Positions 1 through 8,950 of a stretch of DNA of 64,000 nt are shown here, piece after piece. A program made the translations under genes and the position numbers. Each line of letters starts with the position of its first letter. The stretch's first letter is position 1. A model generated the notes under the pieces. That model did no database searches, was not told where the DNA came from, and saw only the letters and a program-made list of their open reading frames with translations. Origin of the DNA: Oscillibacter sp. (GTDB lineage Bacteria; Bacillota; Clostridia; Oscillospirales; Oscillospiraceae); assembly GCA_003487665.1 (NCBI GenBank), contig DNFA01000015.1, forward strand, positions 38,607 through 102,606. Reading direction: 5' to 3'.

Positions 1-2
1 GC

Positions 3-29
3 AAAGAGGCCGGGAAATCCCCGGCCTCT
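3..29 (-). terminator. Intrinsic terminator
   Basis: AGAGGCCGGG/CCCGGCCTCT 10-bp stem with a short T tail on the minus strand, just after the ORF ending at 37. Confidence 0.6.
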
Positions 30-36
30 CTCCTGT

Positions 37-309
37 TCAGTCTTCGGTTTTCAAGGTGCCAACGCGCCGCCGAACATCGTTGACGGCGTAGATGGCATCC
101 ACCACTCGGCAATCTCCAGCCAGACGGTCGAGGTCATCCGACACCTTCCTGATGGCGTCCCAAATGGCATAGAAGGCATCCGTCGCCATGTCGGCTCGCG
201 CTCTGTCAGCCGGCGCCACATCCAGCTCCAGATAGGTATTCTCGAAAGCAAACATGATGGCCTCCACCTTTGCGATGTCGAAAATTGCCTCGTTCAGATT
301 TCTGTTCAT
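37..309 (-). CDS. Hypothetical protein, paralog of 25317-25589
   Basis: AAGGAG RBS before ATG 309; shares DxAK..FExTY..AFYxIxD..AG..AIxAVN with 25317-25589. Confidence 0.8.
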   Translation of the reverse strand: MNRNLNEAIFDIAKVEAIMFAFENTYLELDVAPADRARADMATDAFYAIWDAIRKVSDDLDRLAGDCRVVDAIYAVNDVRRRVGTLKTED

Positions 310-469
310 TTTCTTTACTCCTTCGTGATGTATTGGCACTCGTACACCGGGGTAAAGACTTCATTCATAGCGGCACTGTCGGCTGCTCTCATGGGTGGGG
401 AGTTGTTACGGGCCCTGTGCGAGCGTCGAGAGCAACGTCCGTGCCTCTTTTTGCTTTCCGCTTCTGTAT

Positions 470-907
470 TTACTTTGCAGCGTGAGCCGTCACGAATCGG
501 CCCAGCATTTCTCTCGCGTCCTCCACCCTGCCGGCGGCGCAGACGTCGAAGATGTACGCGCAGTCCTTGGCCGACATGATATGCTCTGGCAGCGTGTCGT
601 CGCGGATCGTGTCGAGGAACAGCTCCTCGCGCTCATGGAGCGTAAGGCCCGTCTCCCAGACTACACGGCACACCTGCTTTGCGAGGTGATCCTCAATGAC
701 CGGCTCAGCGTACACGCCGCTCGTGGCGAAGTAGAACGTCAGCATTCCCAGCTTCAGGGCGTCGGTATATCGCTTCTCGCTCTCAAGGATCTCGGCCATC
801 TCTGTCAGCCATTCGACAGCCTGTGCGATCTGGCCGGTGCGGATGCAGTCGTTGTATTGCCGTGCGGCAGCCTCATAGCCGCCGTGCTCGCCTGTTGTCA
901 TAGTCAT
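470..907 (-). CDS. Hypothetical helical protein
   Basis: GGAGG RBS; own promoter upstream. Confidence 0.7.
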   Translation of the reverse strand: MTMTTGEHGGYEAAARQYNDCIRTGQIAQAVEWLTEMAEILESEKRYTDALKLGMLTFYFATSGVYAEPVIEDHLAKQVCRVVWETGLTLHEREELFLDTIRDDTLPEHIMSAKDCAYIFDVCAAGRVEDAREMLGRFVTAHAAK

Positions 908-959
908 TCCCTCCGTTATCAAAGAGGCCGAAAGCGTTCGCAAAGCCTCTCTATTTGTG

Positions 960-988
960 ATTATACCACCAGAAAATGTGATTGTGAA
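960..988 (-). promoter_or_regulatory. sigma-A type promoter
   Basis: TTCACA-17-TATAAT with TG extension. Confidence 0.6.
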
Positions 989-1000
989 GTCAGGACACCG

Positions 1001-1225
1001 TCAGAAATCTCCAGAAACCGTCTGTAACGTGTCCGTTTCGCTTCCGTGGGTGTGTGGGTGGGTATCTGCAAAATCGTCGTACGCGGCCTCTACGCCGTTT
1101 TTACGCAGGCCGTCTATGATGGCCTCTTCCGACGGAAAGAAACGGAGAGCTGCCGACTCGTTTCCGTTGATACGCACCGACAGCTCTCCAGTATCAGGCC
1201 ACGAAAACCGTAGCTCACTTTTCAT
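1001..1225 (-). CDS. Hypothetical protein
   Basis: Coupled to the upstream ORF. Confidence 0.5.
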   Translation of the reverse strand: MKSELRFSWPDTGELSVRINGNESAALRFFPSEEAIIDGLRKNGVEAAYDDFADTHPHTHGSETDTLQTVSGDF

Positions 1226-1964
1226 CAGGGTCGTCCATCACGCACTGCTCCCCGTTGGGAAACATCTGATTTCCGATGCGATTGTACTCCTCGAAAATCT
1301 TGTCGAACGCCTCCTGCCATACCTCGTCGTGGTCGTGCTCAATGCCGACCGCCACATGGGCGAGTTCATGCGCAAGGATCTCAACCGCGTCCGCAACCTC
1401 AAGGCTCGGCTTAACGAAGACGGCAACAGAACCATCGTCGGCAAAGTCGGTCAGGCCATACACGGGCTTGCCGTCCTCTTCGTCACGGATCTGCGGCTCC
1501 CAGTAGATTTCGCACTCCTTGTCGGGGTACAGCTTCTTGAACGCTCCCCAGACCATAGCGAACATATCGTTCTGGAACGGCGCAATCAGCCGGTCTTTCA
1601 GATCCATCGGAGAGAGCCGCGTCTCCTCGTACATCCGCAGGCGCTCTCTGGTCTCTGCGAAGGCCCACGCCATCGTGTAGAGCAGGGCAACCACGCCCTC
1701 AATCGTATCAATGCCGTCGAACAGCCACTCAGAGGTCGCACACGAAAGCTCCAAATCGTCTTTGAGGCGTACGTTCTCCAAGGTTTCGGGGCTGTACTTC
1801 TGCAGAATGTCCCGCGTCACGTTGCTCAGGGTCGCGTCTGAGAAGTCAGGCGCCGGCCCATAGCCGCGGACGTAAACCTCTTCGTCCTTGATGAACACCA
1901 AGTTCAGTGCCGCCTCCACATTGTCCTGCGGGTCGTCGGTCACAATGGGCACATACTTTTTCAT
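1215..1964 (-). CDS. Protein with a C-terminal HExxH zincin-like metallopeptidase domain
   Basis: EILAHELAHVAVGIEHDH..W motif. Confidence 0.6.
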   Translation of the reverse strand: MKKYVPIVTDDPQDNVEAALNLVFIKDEEVYVRGYGPAPDFSDATLSNVTRDILQKYSPETLENVRLKDDLELSCATSEWLFDGIDTIEGVVALLYTMAWAFAETRERLRMYEETRLSPMDLKDRLIAPFQNDMFAMVWGAFKKLYPDKECEIYWEPQIRDEEDGKPVYGLTDFADDGSVAVFVKPSLEVADAVEILAHELAHVAVGIEHDHDEVWQEAFDKIFEEYNRIGNQMFPNGEQCVMDDPDEK

Positions 1965-2227
1965 TTCGCTTCCTCCTTCTCCTGCTCCCAGCGCAGGAAC
2001 TCAACGCTTCCGATGACCCACTTCAGGGTCTTCCCGCCGTACATTTTCTGCAACTGCTCAAGCACGTTTTCGGGGACGCTGAAGCTGTCGCAGACGCAGA
2101 CCGCCGGCACCTCGCCTCGGCTGTTGCGTACCAGCACCAGATCATCCTTCTTCAAGTCTCTCTCCTCGGGTACTCCGAAAAGGTAGTGCTGCGCATCGTT
2201 CAGGTGATGCACGATGACGATTTTCAT
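1961..2227 (-). CDS. Hypothetical protein
   Basis: ATGA coupling on both sides. Confidence 0.7.
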   Translation of the reverse strand: MKIVIVHHLNDAQHYLFGVPEERDLKKDDLVLVRNSRGEVPAVCVCDSFSVPENVLEQLQKMYGGKTLKWVIGSVEFLRWEQEKEEAK

Positions 2228-2565
2228 TTGAAATCACCTCCTTCGTCGCGGATCAAGCCCTGCATACGGGCCGCAGACAGCAGCTCTCCGAGCACCGCCT
2301 GCATCTTCCGAGGCCGCTCCTCTTCGCTGGCACGGTTTGCCTCCGCAGCCCGCCACGCCAGTTGGCTCAGCACCCCTCTCAGGTGGATCATCCGGTCGTG
2401 GTCTTCCTTGGCAGAGGCCGCCATTCGCAAAGCCTCCGCCATGTCCTCGTTGTTCCGTCTGGCCGTGTCGTAACGGGTAATGCCCGTCTCCTGATAGTTC
2501 TGGAACGCCGTGTCAGCCTTGTGCTGATACCGCTCTGCCAGCTCCATCAATTTCTTTTTGTCCAT
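2224..2565 (-). CDS. Hypothetical protein
   Basis: AAAGGAG RBS, start MDKKK. Confidence 0.7.
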   Translation of the reverse strand: MDKKKLMELAERYQHKADTAFQNYQETGITRYDTARRNNEDMAEALRMAASAKEDHDRMIHLRGVLSQLAWRAAEANRASEEERPRKMQAVLGELLSAARMQGLIRDEGGDFK

Positions 2566-2578
2566 GTCTTGCTCCTTT

Positions 2579-4441
2579 CTACACCGCCACCATGTCCAAC
2601 AGGGCGGCCATTGTCGTGATGGTGTCGCCCACTTTGGCGACGTATTCGGGGAAGTTGGCCCTTGCAACAGCCGCAGCCATCGGCGGGCAAACGGCGTTGC
2701 CACAGCGGGCGACCTGTTCGTTCTTCGGGTACGGGTTGCCCATATAATCGCGGTCGATGATGTAATCGGGTGGGAACCCCATCGCATTGTAAAGCTCTCT
2801 CGGGGAGAGCATCCGCAGGCCGATGTCTGCGATGAAGTAGAGCGTCCCGCCGATGCTCAGAAGCAGCAGGTCGTCATCGGCCAGCTTATAACCGCAGTAG
2901 CGGTTCAGCAGTTCGCGGATCAGCGGCCAGCGATACAGATTCTCGTCCGGGCCAGCCTTGCAAAGCAGCGTGTCGCAGAGGGCGAAGGTTCCTCCGCCGC
3001 AAGCCTTTTTCTGGCCCGCGCCTGCCGTTACGGTCTGCATCGGTTCTGCAGGGCTGCTTCCCAAGTTGTCTCCCTTGAACTTCACCACATGGGCCGCGCA
3101 CACCGCATTGTGGTCGATGGCCGTCACCGTCGGAAGCGGCTCTTCCATCTTCTCGCCGACCACACCGCTGTAATACTTCACAAGATTTGCACAGGTCAGG
3201 CCGTAGCGGTTCGAGGCATCCACGGTGGGGATCGGAGCGCCGAGGCCAGAGGCTCGGACGTTTTCTGTCTGCTCGGTATGGTACTGAATGAGCGAGGGCG
3301 CCACGATACCGCCCGTATGCTTGGCGGTAATAGTTTTGTATGGGCCACGCACATCAGCGACGTGGCCGCCTCCTGCGTGATTACATTCGGCCAGATATGG
3401 GGTTACAAGCATCTGGTTCCCTGCTGTCGTCACGGTATGTACCGGATCACCGGCAGGCGCTCCGACGCTGTTACTGGTGTTCGTCGCCGTGAACGGCACC
3501 AGCACCGGCTTGCAGAGGTTGTGCTTGCCGCTCCCGACCACCGTAGGCAGCGGTTCCTCGATGTCGTGTACCCGTGGAGCCTGTCCCTTTCGTTCTCCAT
3601 AGCCGGTCGGGACGATGTACGGCTGGCCGCTCTTGATGGTGAACTTATCCACGCCGCGGATGATGCGCCGCATGGTGTTGTCTGCCAGAGGCCGCACTGC
3701 CTTCAAACCGTACTGCTCCTTGATTTCTTCCTTGGTGTCGAAGATGGACGGGCAAGGCAGGCTCCAGTCGATGATCTCCGCCGCGCTTCGCCACGGTTTC
3801 AGTCGGCCGCTTTTCACGGCTTCGCTGTCCCGTGGAGCGTGGGTCGGTTCAGGCCACACGATGGGCTTGCCGTCACAGCGGGCAATCAGAACGAACCGCT
3901 TGCGGCTGGTCGGTGCGCCGTAGTCAGCCGCCACCAGCTCACGCCATTCGACCTCGTAGCCGAGATCCCGAAGCTGGCCGATGAACTTTCTGAACGTCGT
4001 GCCTGCCAGCTTCTTTACGGGTTTGCCTTTCCTGACCGGCCCCCATGTCTGGAACTCTTCGACATTTTCGAGGAAAATCACTCGCGGCCGCACCAAAGCG
4101 GCCCATCTCAGGGTGATCCACGCAAGGCCACGGATTTTCTTATCAACGAGAGCTGCGCCCTTAGCCTTGCTGAAATGCTTGCAGTCGGGCGAGAACCACG
4201 CACCGCCCACGGGACGCCCGCGGCATACGTCACGCGGGTCAACATCCCAAACGGACGCCTGATAATGCTCCGTGTACGGGTGGTTCGTCTTGTGCATCAG
4301 GATCGCCGCAGGGTCGTGGTTGATGGCCGCCGCCACCGTAATGCCGAGGCCGACCTCCATGCCCGTCGATGCACCACCGCCTCCCGCGAAGCTGTCAACG
4401 AAGATTTCGTCGTCGATGCCGATTTGTGCGCAATTTCTCAT
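2579..4441 (-). CDS. C5-cytosine DNA methyltransferase (orphan, long variable region)
   Basis: Motif I DSFAGGGG, catalytic SPDC, ENV, RKR, and C-terminal GNAV. Confidence 0.92.
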   Translation of the reverse strand: MRNCAQIGIDDEIFVDSFAGGGGASTGMEVGLGITVAAAINHDPAAILMHKTNHPYTEHYQASVWDVDPRDVCRGRPVGGAWFSPDCKHFSKAKGAALVDKKIRGLAWITLRWAALVRPRVIFLENVEEFQTWGPVRKGKPVKKLAGTTFRKFIGQLRDLGYEVEWRELVAADYGAPTSRKRFVLIARCDGKPIVWPEPTHAPRDSEAVKSGRLKPWRSAAEIIDWSLPCPSIFDTKEEIKEQYGLKAVRPLADNTMRRIIRGVDKFTIKSGQPYIVPTGYGERKGQAPRVHDIEEPLPTVVGSGKHNLCKPVLVPFTATNTSNSVGAPAGDPVHTVTTAGNQMLVTPYLAECNHAGGGHVADVRGPYKTITAKHTGGIVAPSLIQYHTEQTENVRASGLGAPIPTVDASNRYGLTCANLVKYYSGVVGEKMEEPLPTVTAIDHNAVCAAHVVKFKGDNLGSSPAEPMQTVTAGAGQKKACGGGTFALCDTLLCKAGPDENLYRWPLIRELLNRYCGYKLADDDLLLLSIGGTLYFIADIGLRMLSPRELYNAMGFPPDYIIDRDYMGNPYPKNEQVARCGNAVCPPMAAAVARANFPEYVAKVGDTITTMAALLDMVAV

Positions 4442-4767
4442 ATCTTCCACTCCCCCTCATGCGGCTGAAGGAACCGGAAGGTCGCCGAGAGCTGCAGGTC
4501 GTTGTTTTCTTCTTCCTGCCTCTCGTAAACGACAGCGTCGTGTTCCATCACATATTCCGCGATGTTGTGCGCAATCTCCGCTCGGAGCATCTTCTCCATT
4601 TCGGCCTCGTGCGTTCTGGTAAAGGCGGGCACGGTCTTCACCGTCCTGACCGTCTGGATGTCGTAATGGAGAACCTGCGCGATGGGCGCATGAAACATCG
4701 CCTCAGCGCGTGTCAGGCCGCCGAGCGCATGGATGATTTTTGCTTTCAGCCTGTCAAGCCATTTCAT
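4438..4767 (-). CDS. Hypothetical protein
   Basis: Overlap-coupled ORF with RBS. Confidence 0.65.
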   Translation of the reverse strand: MKWLDRLKAKIIHALGGLTRAEAMFHAPIAQVLHYDIQTVRTVKTVPAFTRTHEAEMEKMLRAEIAHNIAEYVMEHDAVVYERQEEENNDLQLSATFRFLQPHEGEWKI

Positions 4768-5275
4768 GGGCGGCCTCCTTCATCAGCTTCCCGTTCTGAA
4801 CTCGGTATGCTTTGTCATCCCAATACTCAGTCGCGCCGACCTTGCGGGTTTCATTACCGTAAAACTTCTTCCACGACGGCAAGCTGTCGTTCACGGCGTC
4901 GAAATGCAGGCCCCATCTGGCACAGGCTTCGAGCGCGTTCTCAAGCAGCTCTCCCTCTCGGCACGTCCAGAGAATGAGTCCCGCGCCAGCGATCTGCTCT
5001 GCCGCCGCTGCGACGATAATCTCCCAGTTCGGAGCGCCGATGTCCGGGTATGCGTTTGCACAAAGGCAGCCGTCAAAGTCAATGGCTATCGCCTTCGGCA
5101 ACGTCTGCGCATACTGCTTCCGACGCTCTGCGTCGTCTGCCTGCATCTGCTCCAGCACCTCCTTTGCCAGTTTCGTCGTGCATCCTCTGCCCTCTCTTAA
5201 TTTCTCCAGCGGGCATTCCCTGCAGTTCAGCTCAGCACAGCACCTCAGCGTCTTCACGATAACCCCTCGTCTCAT
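4754..5275 (-). CDS. HAD-superfamily hydrolase-like phage protein
   Basis: IAIDFDG, ILWTCR, YWDDKA motifs. Confidence 0.75.
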   Translation of the reverse strand: MRRGVIVKTLRCCAELNCRECPLEKLREGRGCTTKLAKEVLEQMQADDAERRKQYAQTLPKAIAIDFDGCLCANAYPDIGAPNWEIIVAAAAEQIAGAGLILWTCREGELLENALEACARWGLHFDAVNDSLPSWKKFYGNETRKVGATEYWDDKAYRVQNGKLMKEAAHEMA

Positions 5276-5958
5276 GCCAGTGCCTCCTCTCTGCCGATCT
5301 GCTGGAACTTGTAGACGAAGACCCACGGGTTCGCATACCATCCCAACTCGTCGAGTTGGTCTGCAGAGATGGTGCTGTTCCAGAGATCCCGAAAATCCAT
5401 GCGCATCGCTCTGTACGGCTGGTTCCGGTCAATGCCTTCAGCCTTCAACCCGCCGCCGTTGATGTCTCCGAGCCTCTCCACGGAAACGTCCACGATTTTC
5501 AGGAATGTCCTCGCCGCCTCTTTTGGCATAAAAATCGAGGGGTTCCACTTGGAGTCGGTACTCCACTTAGCGATAAACTGGTCAAACGCCTCTCTGGATT
5601 CCGAGTCGGAGCATCCGCCGGGGAACTGGATTTTCCCGAGCGGGCCACCTGCTCGGAACTCGATCTTTGCATCCGCCTCGAAGCGGTGCGCAGACTGAAC
5701 GCGCCATGTCTCTCTGATATAGAGCACGTCGTCGAACCAGAACTTCGGCTTGACGGTCTCCGCCCAATCGCAGAAGATGCCGCCGGCGCCGTTGTTTCCG
5801 CACATCAGGTCGAACGTCCGGTTCTCTTCATCGCAGTCGAGGACGAACCGTGCGCCTTCAGGCTGCGGGAGAACTACGCGCCGTGTCTCGGTCTTCTCAC
5901 CGGCCATAATTTTCTGCACCATCGCCGTGTTGAACAGGATCGGTTTCAGTTTTGCCAC
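5272..5958 (-). CDS. Conserved phage protein (ASCH/PUA-like)
   Basis: KPILFNTAMV..GEKTETRR, YIRETW, WNPSIFMP, W.ANPWV motifs. Confidence 0.7.
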   Translation of the reverse strand: MAKLKPILFNTAMVQKIMAGEKTETRRVVLPQPEGARFVLDCDEENRTFDLMCGNNGAGGIFCDWAETVKPKFWFDDVLYIRETWRVQSAHRFEADAKIEFRAGGPLGKIQFPGGCSDSESREAFDQFIAKWSTDSKWNPSIFMPKEAARTFLKIVDVSVERLGDINGGGLKAEGIDRNQPYRAMRMDFRDLWNSTISADQLDELGWYANPWVFVYKFQQIGREEALA

Positions 5959-5961
5959 TTG

Positions 5962-6192
5962 CTATCCCTCCTTCTGGTAAAGCGGGTCATCCTTACCGAG
6001 CACGGGGTAGTCCACCTGCCCGCCTTTTTTGATGACGACCCGATATTTTTTATTGATCCCCCGCCGCGCCCGGTTTGCCAACGCGTAGAAGCTGTCAAGG
6101 CTGGCACATCCGAGGGCTTTTCGACACTCGGCCGCGTTGCCTCTGGTCAGCAGCTCGCCGCTGTATCGGTCATAGATTTCGTAATAATTCAT
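5962..6192 (-). CDS. Hypothetical protein
   Basis: Coupled ORF. Confidence 0.6.
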   Translation of the reverse strand: MNYYEIYDRYSGELLTRGNAAECRKALGCASLDSFYALANRARRGINKKYRVVIKKGGQVDYPVLGKDDPLYQKEG

Positions 6193-6560
6193 CGCTCCAC
6201 CTTCTCAATGCTGTCCATCGGCACCAACCGCTTCTTGTTCTCGGCGTAGTAGACGATGGCGAACGGCTTCGGATTGGTTGAGCTGCATTGGAATCCGCTT
6301 CTTCCGTACGGCGGTTCGTTCCATTCGCAGAACAATTCCGTGCAGAGCCATGTCACGCCGACGAAGACTCCGGTAAACAAAGCCGTTTTCGTCACGAACT
6401 TATCGCAGGACTCGTAATCTTCAATCTCTCGGCCCTCCGTTGCGTCCTTCTCCCACAGCAGTGCCGTTCCCGTGTCTTCGTTGTCGATCTCGAAGTGGTT
6501 GCCGCTCGGTCTGATGTAGGCGCTGCATGATACCCAATCTCCAAGCCGTAGCTTCGGCAT
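6189..6560 (-). CDS. Hypothetical protein
   Basis: ATG immediately after the upstream stop. Confidence 0.6.
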   Translation of the reverse strand: MPKLRLGDWVSCSAYIRPSGNHFEIDNEDTGTALLWEKDATEGREIEDYESCDKFVTKTALFTGVFVGVTWLCTELFCEWNEPPYGRSGFQCSSTNPKPFAIVYYAENKKRLVPMDSIEKVER

Positions 6561-6561
6561 T

Positions 6562-6756
6562 TCAGTCGTACTCGTAGTCACCCAACTTCACCTCCATTTC
6601 GCAGTCAGGGCATTCGGCGTAGCCCCAGTCATCGCCCCAGCACTCTGGAACATCGAGTTCTTGCCACGGAACTCTGACTTCCCTGCCGCAGTGCGGGCAA
6701 GTAAACGTAATTGACACCGGCCTCACGTCGATATGGAAGCCTGTTGCTCCGTTCAT
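6562..6756 (-). CDS. Small zinc-ribbon protein
   Basis: CPHC...CPDC; AAAGGAG RBS. Confidence 0.65.
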   Translation of the reverse strand: MNGATGFHIDVRPVSITFTCPHCGREVRVPWQELDVPECWGDDWGYAECPDCEMEVKLGDYEYD

Positions 6757-6780
6757 GGTTCCATCTCCTTTCTCTATGGC

Positions 6781-6920
6781 ATTTCGGTTTAGCCAAGTGG
6801 CAACCAGAGGGCAGAGCAAGGCTCTACATCCTCTGGAGCACCGCGTAATGATGAAAGTATTGCCGTCCTCGGCTGGAATCGCTCTATTCGTGTCTTACAG
6901 CGGCTTTCTGATTTTGACGA
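6781..6920 (+). repeat. Dispersed hairpin element, copy C
   Basis: TTAGCCAAGTGGCAACCAG matches copy A at 16/19; core GATGAAAGTAT; can fold as a long imperfect stem. Confidence 0.55.
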
Positions 6921-7656
6921 TGCGGGTAACAACGTCCGTGCCGCTTTCGTGGAACGCTCCCGGCTCCAGCTTGATTGCCTGTGCATACACGCTGTCGAGG
7001 AAGTCCCTGAACTCCACAGACTTCTTATCTGTGCGGAAGAACGTGCTCTCACACATGATGGCAACCAGAATACCGCCGGCGTCCAGCAGGTCATAGGCGT
7101 GGCGCACATGGTCGATGTCCTGATGCCGCGTAAAGGGCGGGTTCATCACGACGCGGTTGATGGAGCCGATCTCCTTCTTCGTCACGTCCAGAAAATCGCG
7201 GTAGTTCACACCGTAGGGTTTCTCAGCCAGATACCGCTTCATGTCGGTGTTCAGCTCGATACAGCACATACCGGCGGGCGAGTGTTCCCAGATGACGTCC
7301 GACAGTTGGCCGTTGCCACAGGACGGCTCCAGCACCTCGGATGCGCTGTCGATCTCAGCCATCTCGCACATTCGCTCGGCGACGGCGCGAGGCGTCGGGA
7401 AGAACTGATACTCGCGCTTCAGGTCTTTCACTTCCTGCGTGAGTAGTACGTTCTCCAGCATCTCCGCCACATCGTCATCCTCAGCGAAGACGTGGGCCTT
7501 TGCCTTTCGGTTCCACTTGCCGCCCATGTTCTCCAGAACTTTGTTGACCTCCGTGTAAGTCTTGCGGTCAAGCTGAACGCTCGGCAGGTAAAGCAGGTTT
7601 CCGTCCGCTCTGCACTCGCCCAGCACATTCAGCACATTCTCAGGGATCTTTGCCAT
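6895..7656 (-). CDS. N6-adenine DNA methyltransferase-like (class I SAM) protein
   Basis: VLEPSCGNG SAM motif followed by VMNPPF. Confidence 0.85.
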   Translation of the reverse strand: MAKIPENVLNVLGECRADGNLLYLPSVQLDRKTYTEVNKVLENMGGKWNRKAKAHVFAEDDDVAEMLENVLLTQEVKDLKREYQFFPTPRAVAERMCEMAEIDSASEVLEPSCGNGQLSDVIWEHSPAGMCCIELNTDMKRYLAEKPYGVNYRDFLDVTKKEIGSINRVVMNPPFTRHQDIDHVRHAYDLLDAGGILVAIMCESTFFRTDKKSVEFRDFLDSVYAQAIKLEPGAFHESGTDVVTRIVKIRKPL

Positions 7657-8008
7657 TTGTTTCGTCCTCCTTATTTTTCACCGGCCGCGCTCCGATGAAC
7701 TCCTCGGCCAGTTGTTGATACTCTTCTGGCGTGATATATCCACGCCGCTTCTGCTGCTTCCAGTAGGCCATGATCTCGTCGTACCGAGTCTTCAACGAAG
7801 CGTATCGACCATAGGCGCCGTTCAGCTCGTGGCAGACCTGCTCAAGCTCCAGCCGCTTCTCTGCGAAATTTTCGGCCAGTTCCAAGCTCGGCGCCCGCCC
7901 AAGCCTCGCAGACCCACAGGCGCAACACATCTTCGGGGCTATGCCCTGCACGGCAAAGGCAGCTCCGCAGTCAAGGCATATCCACTTTTGCTGCCGTCCT
8001 CTTGCCAT
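7640..8008 (-). CDS. Zinc-finger/coiled-coil hypothetical protein
   Basis: CLDC..CCAC followed by a helical segment. Confidence 0.6.
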   Translation of the reverse strand: MARGRQQKWICLDCGAAFAVQGIAPKMCCACGSARLGRAPSLELAENFAEKRLELEQVCHELNGAYGRYASLKTRYDEIMAYWKQQKRRGYITPEEYQQLAEEFIGARPVKNKEDETNGKDP

Positions 8009-8023
8009 TCAGGCTACCTCCTA

Positions 8024-8269
8024 TCACACAGGTTTTTTCCACCGGCATCCGCGGCAGGCTCCTTCGTGTTCCTGCTTGTATCGGCCGCACATAGCACACA
8101 GTTCATTGACGGCTGTGCGGTACTCTCGCTCCAGCTTGCGGATCTCGGCCGGTTCGCGGTTGGTGTCTTCATAGTCGGCCAGCCGGTAGAACACGGCTTC
8201 GACCGTCGTGCCGGTCGGCTGAGATACCGTGCCGTCGCTGTTTCGTATCGTTAGGCGCTCCATCGTCAT
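8024..8269 (-). CDS. Hypothetical protein
   Basis: MERLT..RLADYEDT, a common phage small-protein pattern. Confidence 0.65.
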   Translation of the reverse strand: MTMERLTIRNSDGTVSQPTGTTVEAVFYRLADYEDTNREPAEIRKLEREYRTAVNELCAMCGRYKQEHEGACRGCRWKKPV

Positions 8270-8709
8270 GCCTCCTGATACCGGATGGGCCGCTCGCCGC
8301 GCTCGTCGAAGTCAAGGCAGGCTTTTTTCGACTGACAGCAATAAAGCGGCGTACCAGCTCGCGGGTAATGCTTGTTCTTGCGAACCTCGCAGATGCCTGA
8401 CGCCTTCATAGGCTCTCTGAGGAAGTGATGACACTGCCCGCAACATTGGCCGAGGCTCTCAGGTCTGACCTTCAGCCGTCCCTCCTTCTCCGCTTTGAGT
8501 AGGTCGAGAACGTGCTGAAGACTCATGCCGTCGCGGATCAGCTCGTCCTCAAACTTCCTGTACTCCGCGCAGGCTTCAGCCGGGATGTTGGCATCCTCGT
8601 ACATTTTCAACACTCCGAGCGCCTTTTCAACCGTTTTGATCTCCTCGGTCTCGAAGCAAAAGTCCTGCTCATTGATGATGCCTTGCAGTTTCTTCGCGTA
8701 TTTCTCCAT
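8266..8709 (-). CDS. Hypothetical protein with a Cys-rich C-terminus
   Basis: GGAGG RBS; coupled. Confidence 0.65.
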   Translation of the reverse strand: MEKYAKKLQGIINEQDFCFETEEIKTVEKALGVLKMYEDANIPAEACAEYRKFEDELIRDGMSLQHVLDLLKAEKEGRLKVRPESLGQCCGQCHHFLREPMKASGICEVRKNKHYPRAGTPLYCCQSKKACLDFDERGERPIRYQEA

Positions 8710-8711
8710 CT

Positions 8712-8930
8712 TTACGCCTCCATCTGTTCAATTTGAGCGCACAGTTCGTCCGTTACGTCATTGCCATAGCTGAGCTCTTCGTAACCACTGCCGCCACCAT
8801 CGCTCAATTTCTCCACGTCTATCCCGTTCTGTTCCAACCAGATTCCCACTTCACGGTCAAGATCGCTTACCATTCTTGCGTGGAGCGCAATCCTGTGCAT
8901 CTTCTCGCGGATATACTTCGGTACTTTCAT
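8712..8930 (-). CDS. Hypothetical protein
   Basis: Fits the operon spacing. Confidence 0.6.
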   Translation of the reverse strand: MKVPKYIREKMHRIALHARMVSDLDREVGIWLEQNGIDVEKLSDGGGSGYEELSYGNDVTDELCAQIEQMEA

Positions 8931-8950
8931 TCCAGCTCTTCGCGCTCCTC

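Noticed and set aside
2558..4468. Long plus-strand ORFs antisense to real genes (e.g. 2558-4468, 42091-43695, 48469-49983, 56361-57980, 60567-62246)
   Set aside because: Shadow ORFs expected from GC-rich codon bias; no RBS or recognisable motifs, and each mirrors a well-supported minus-strand gene
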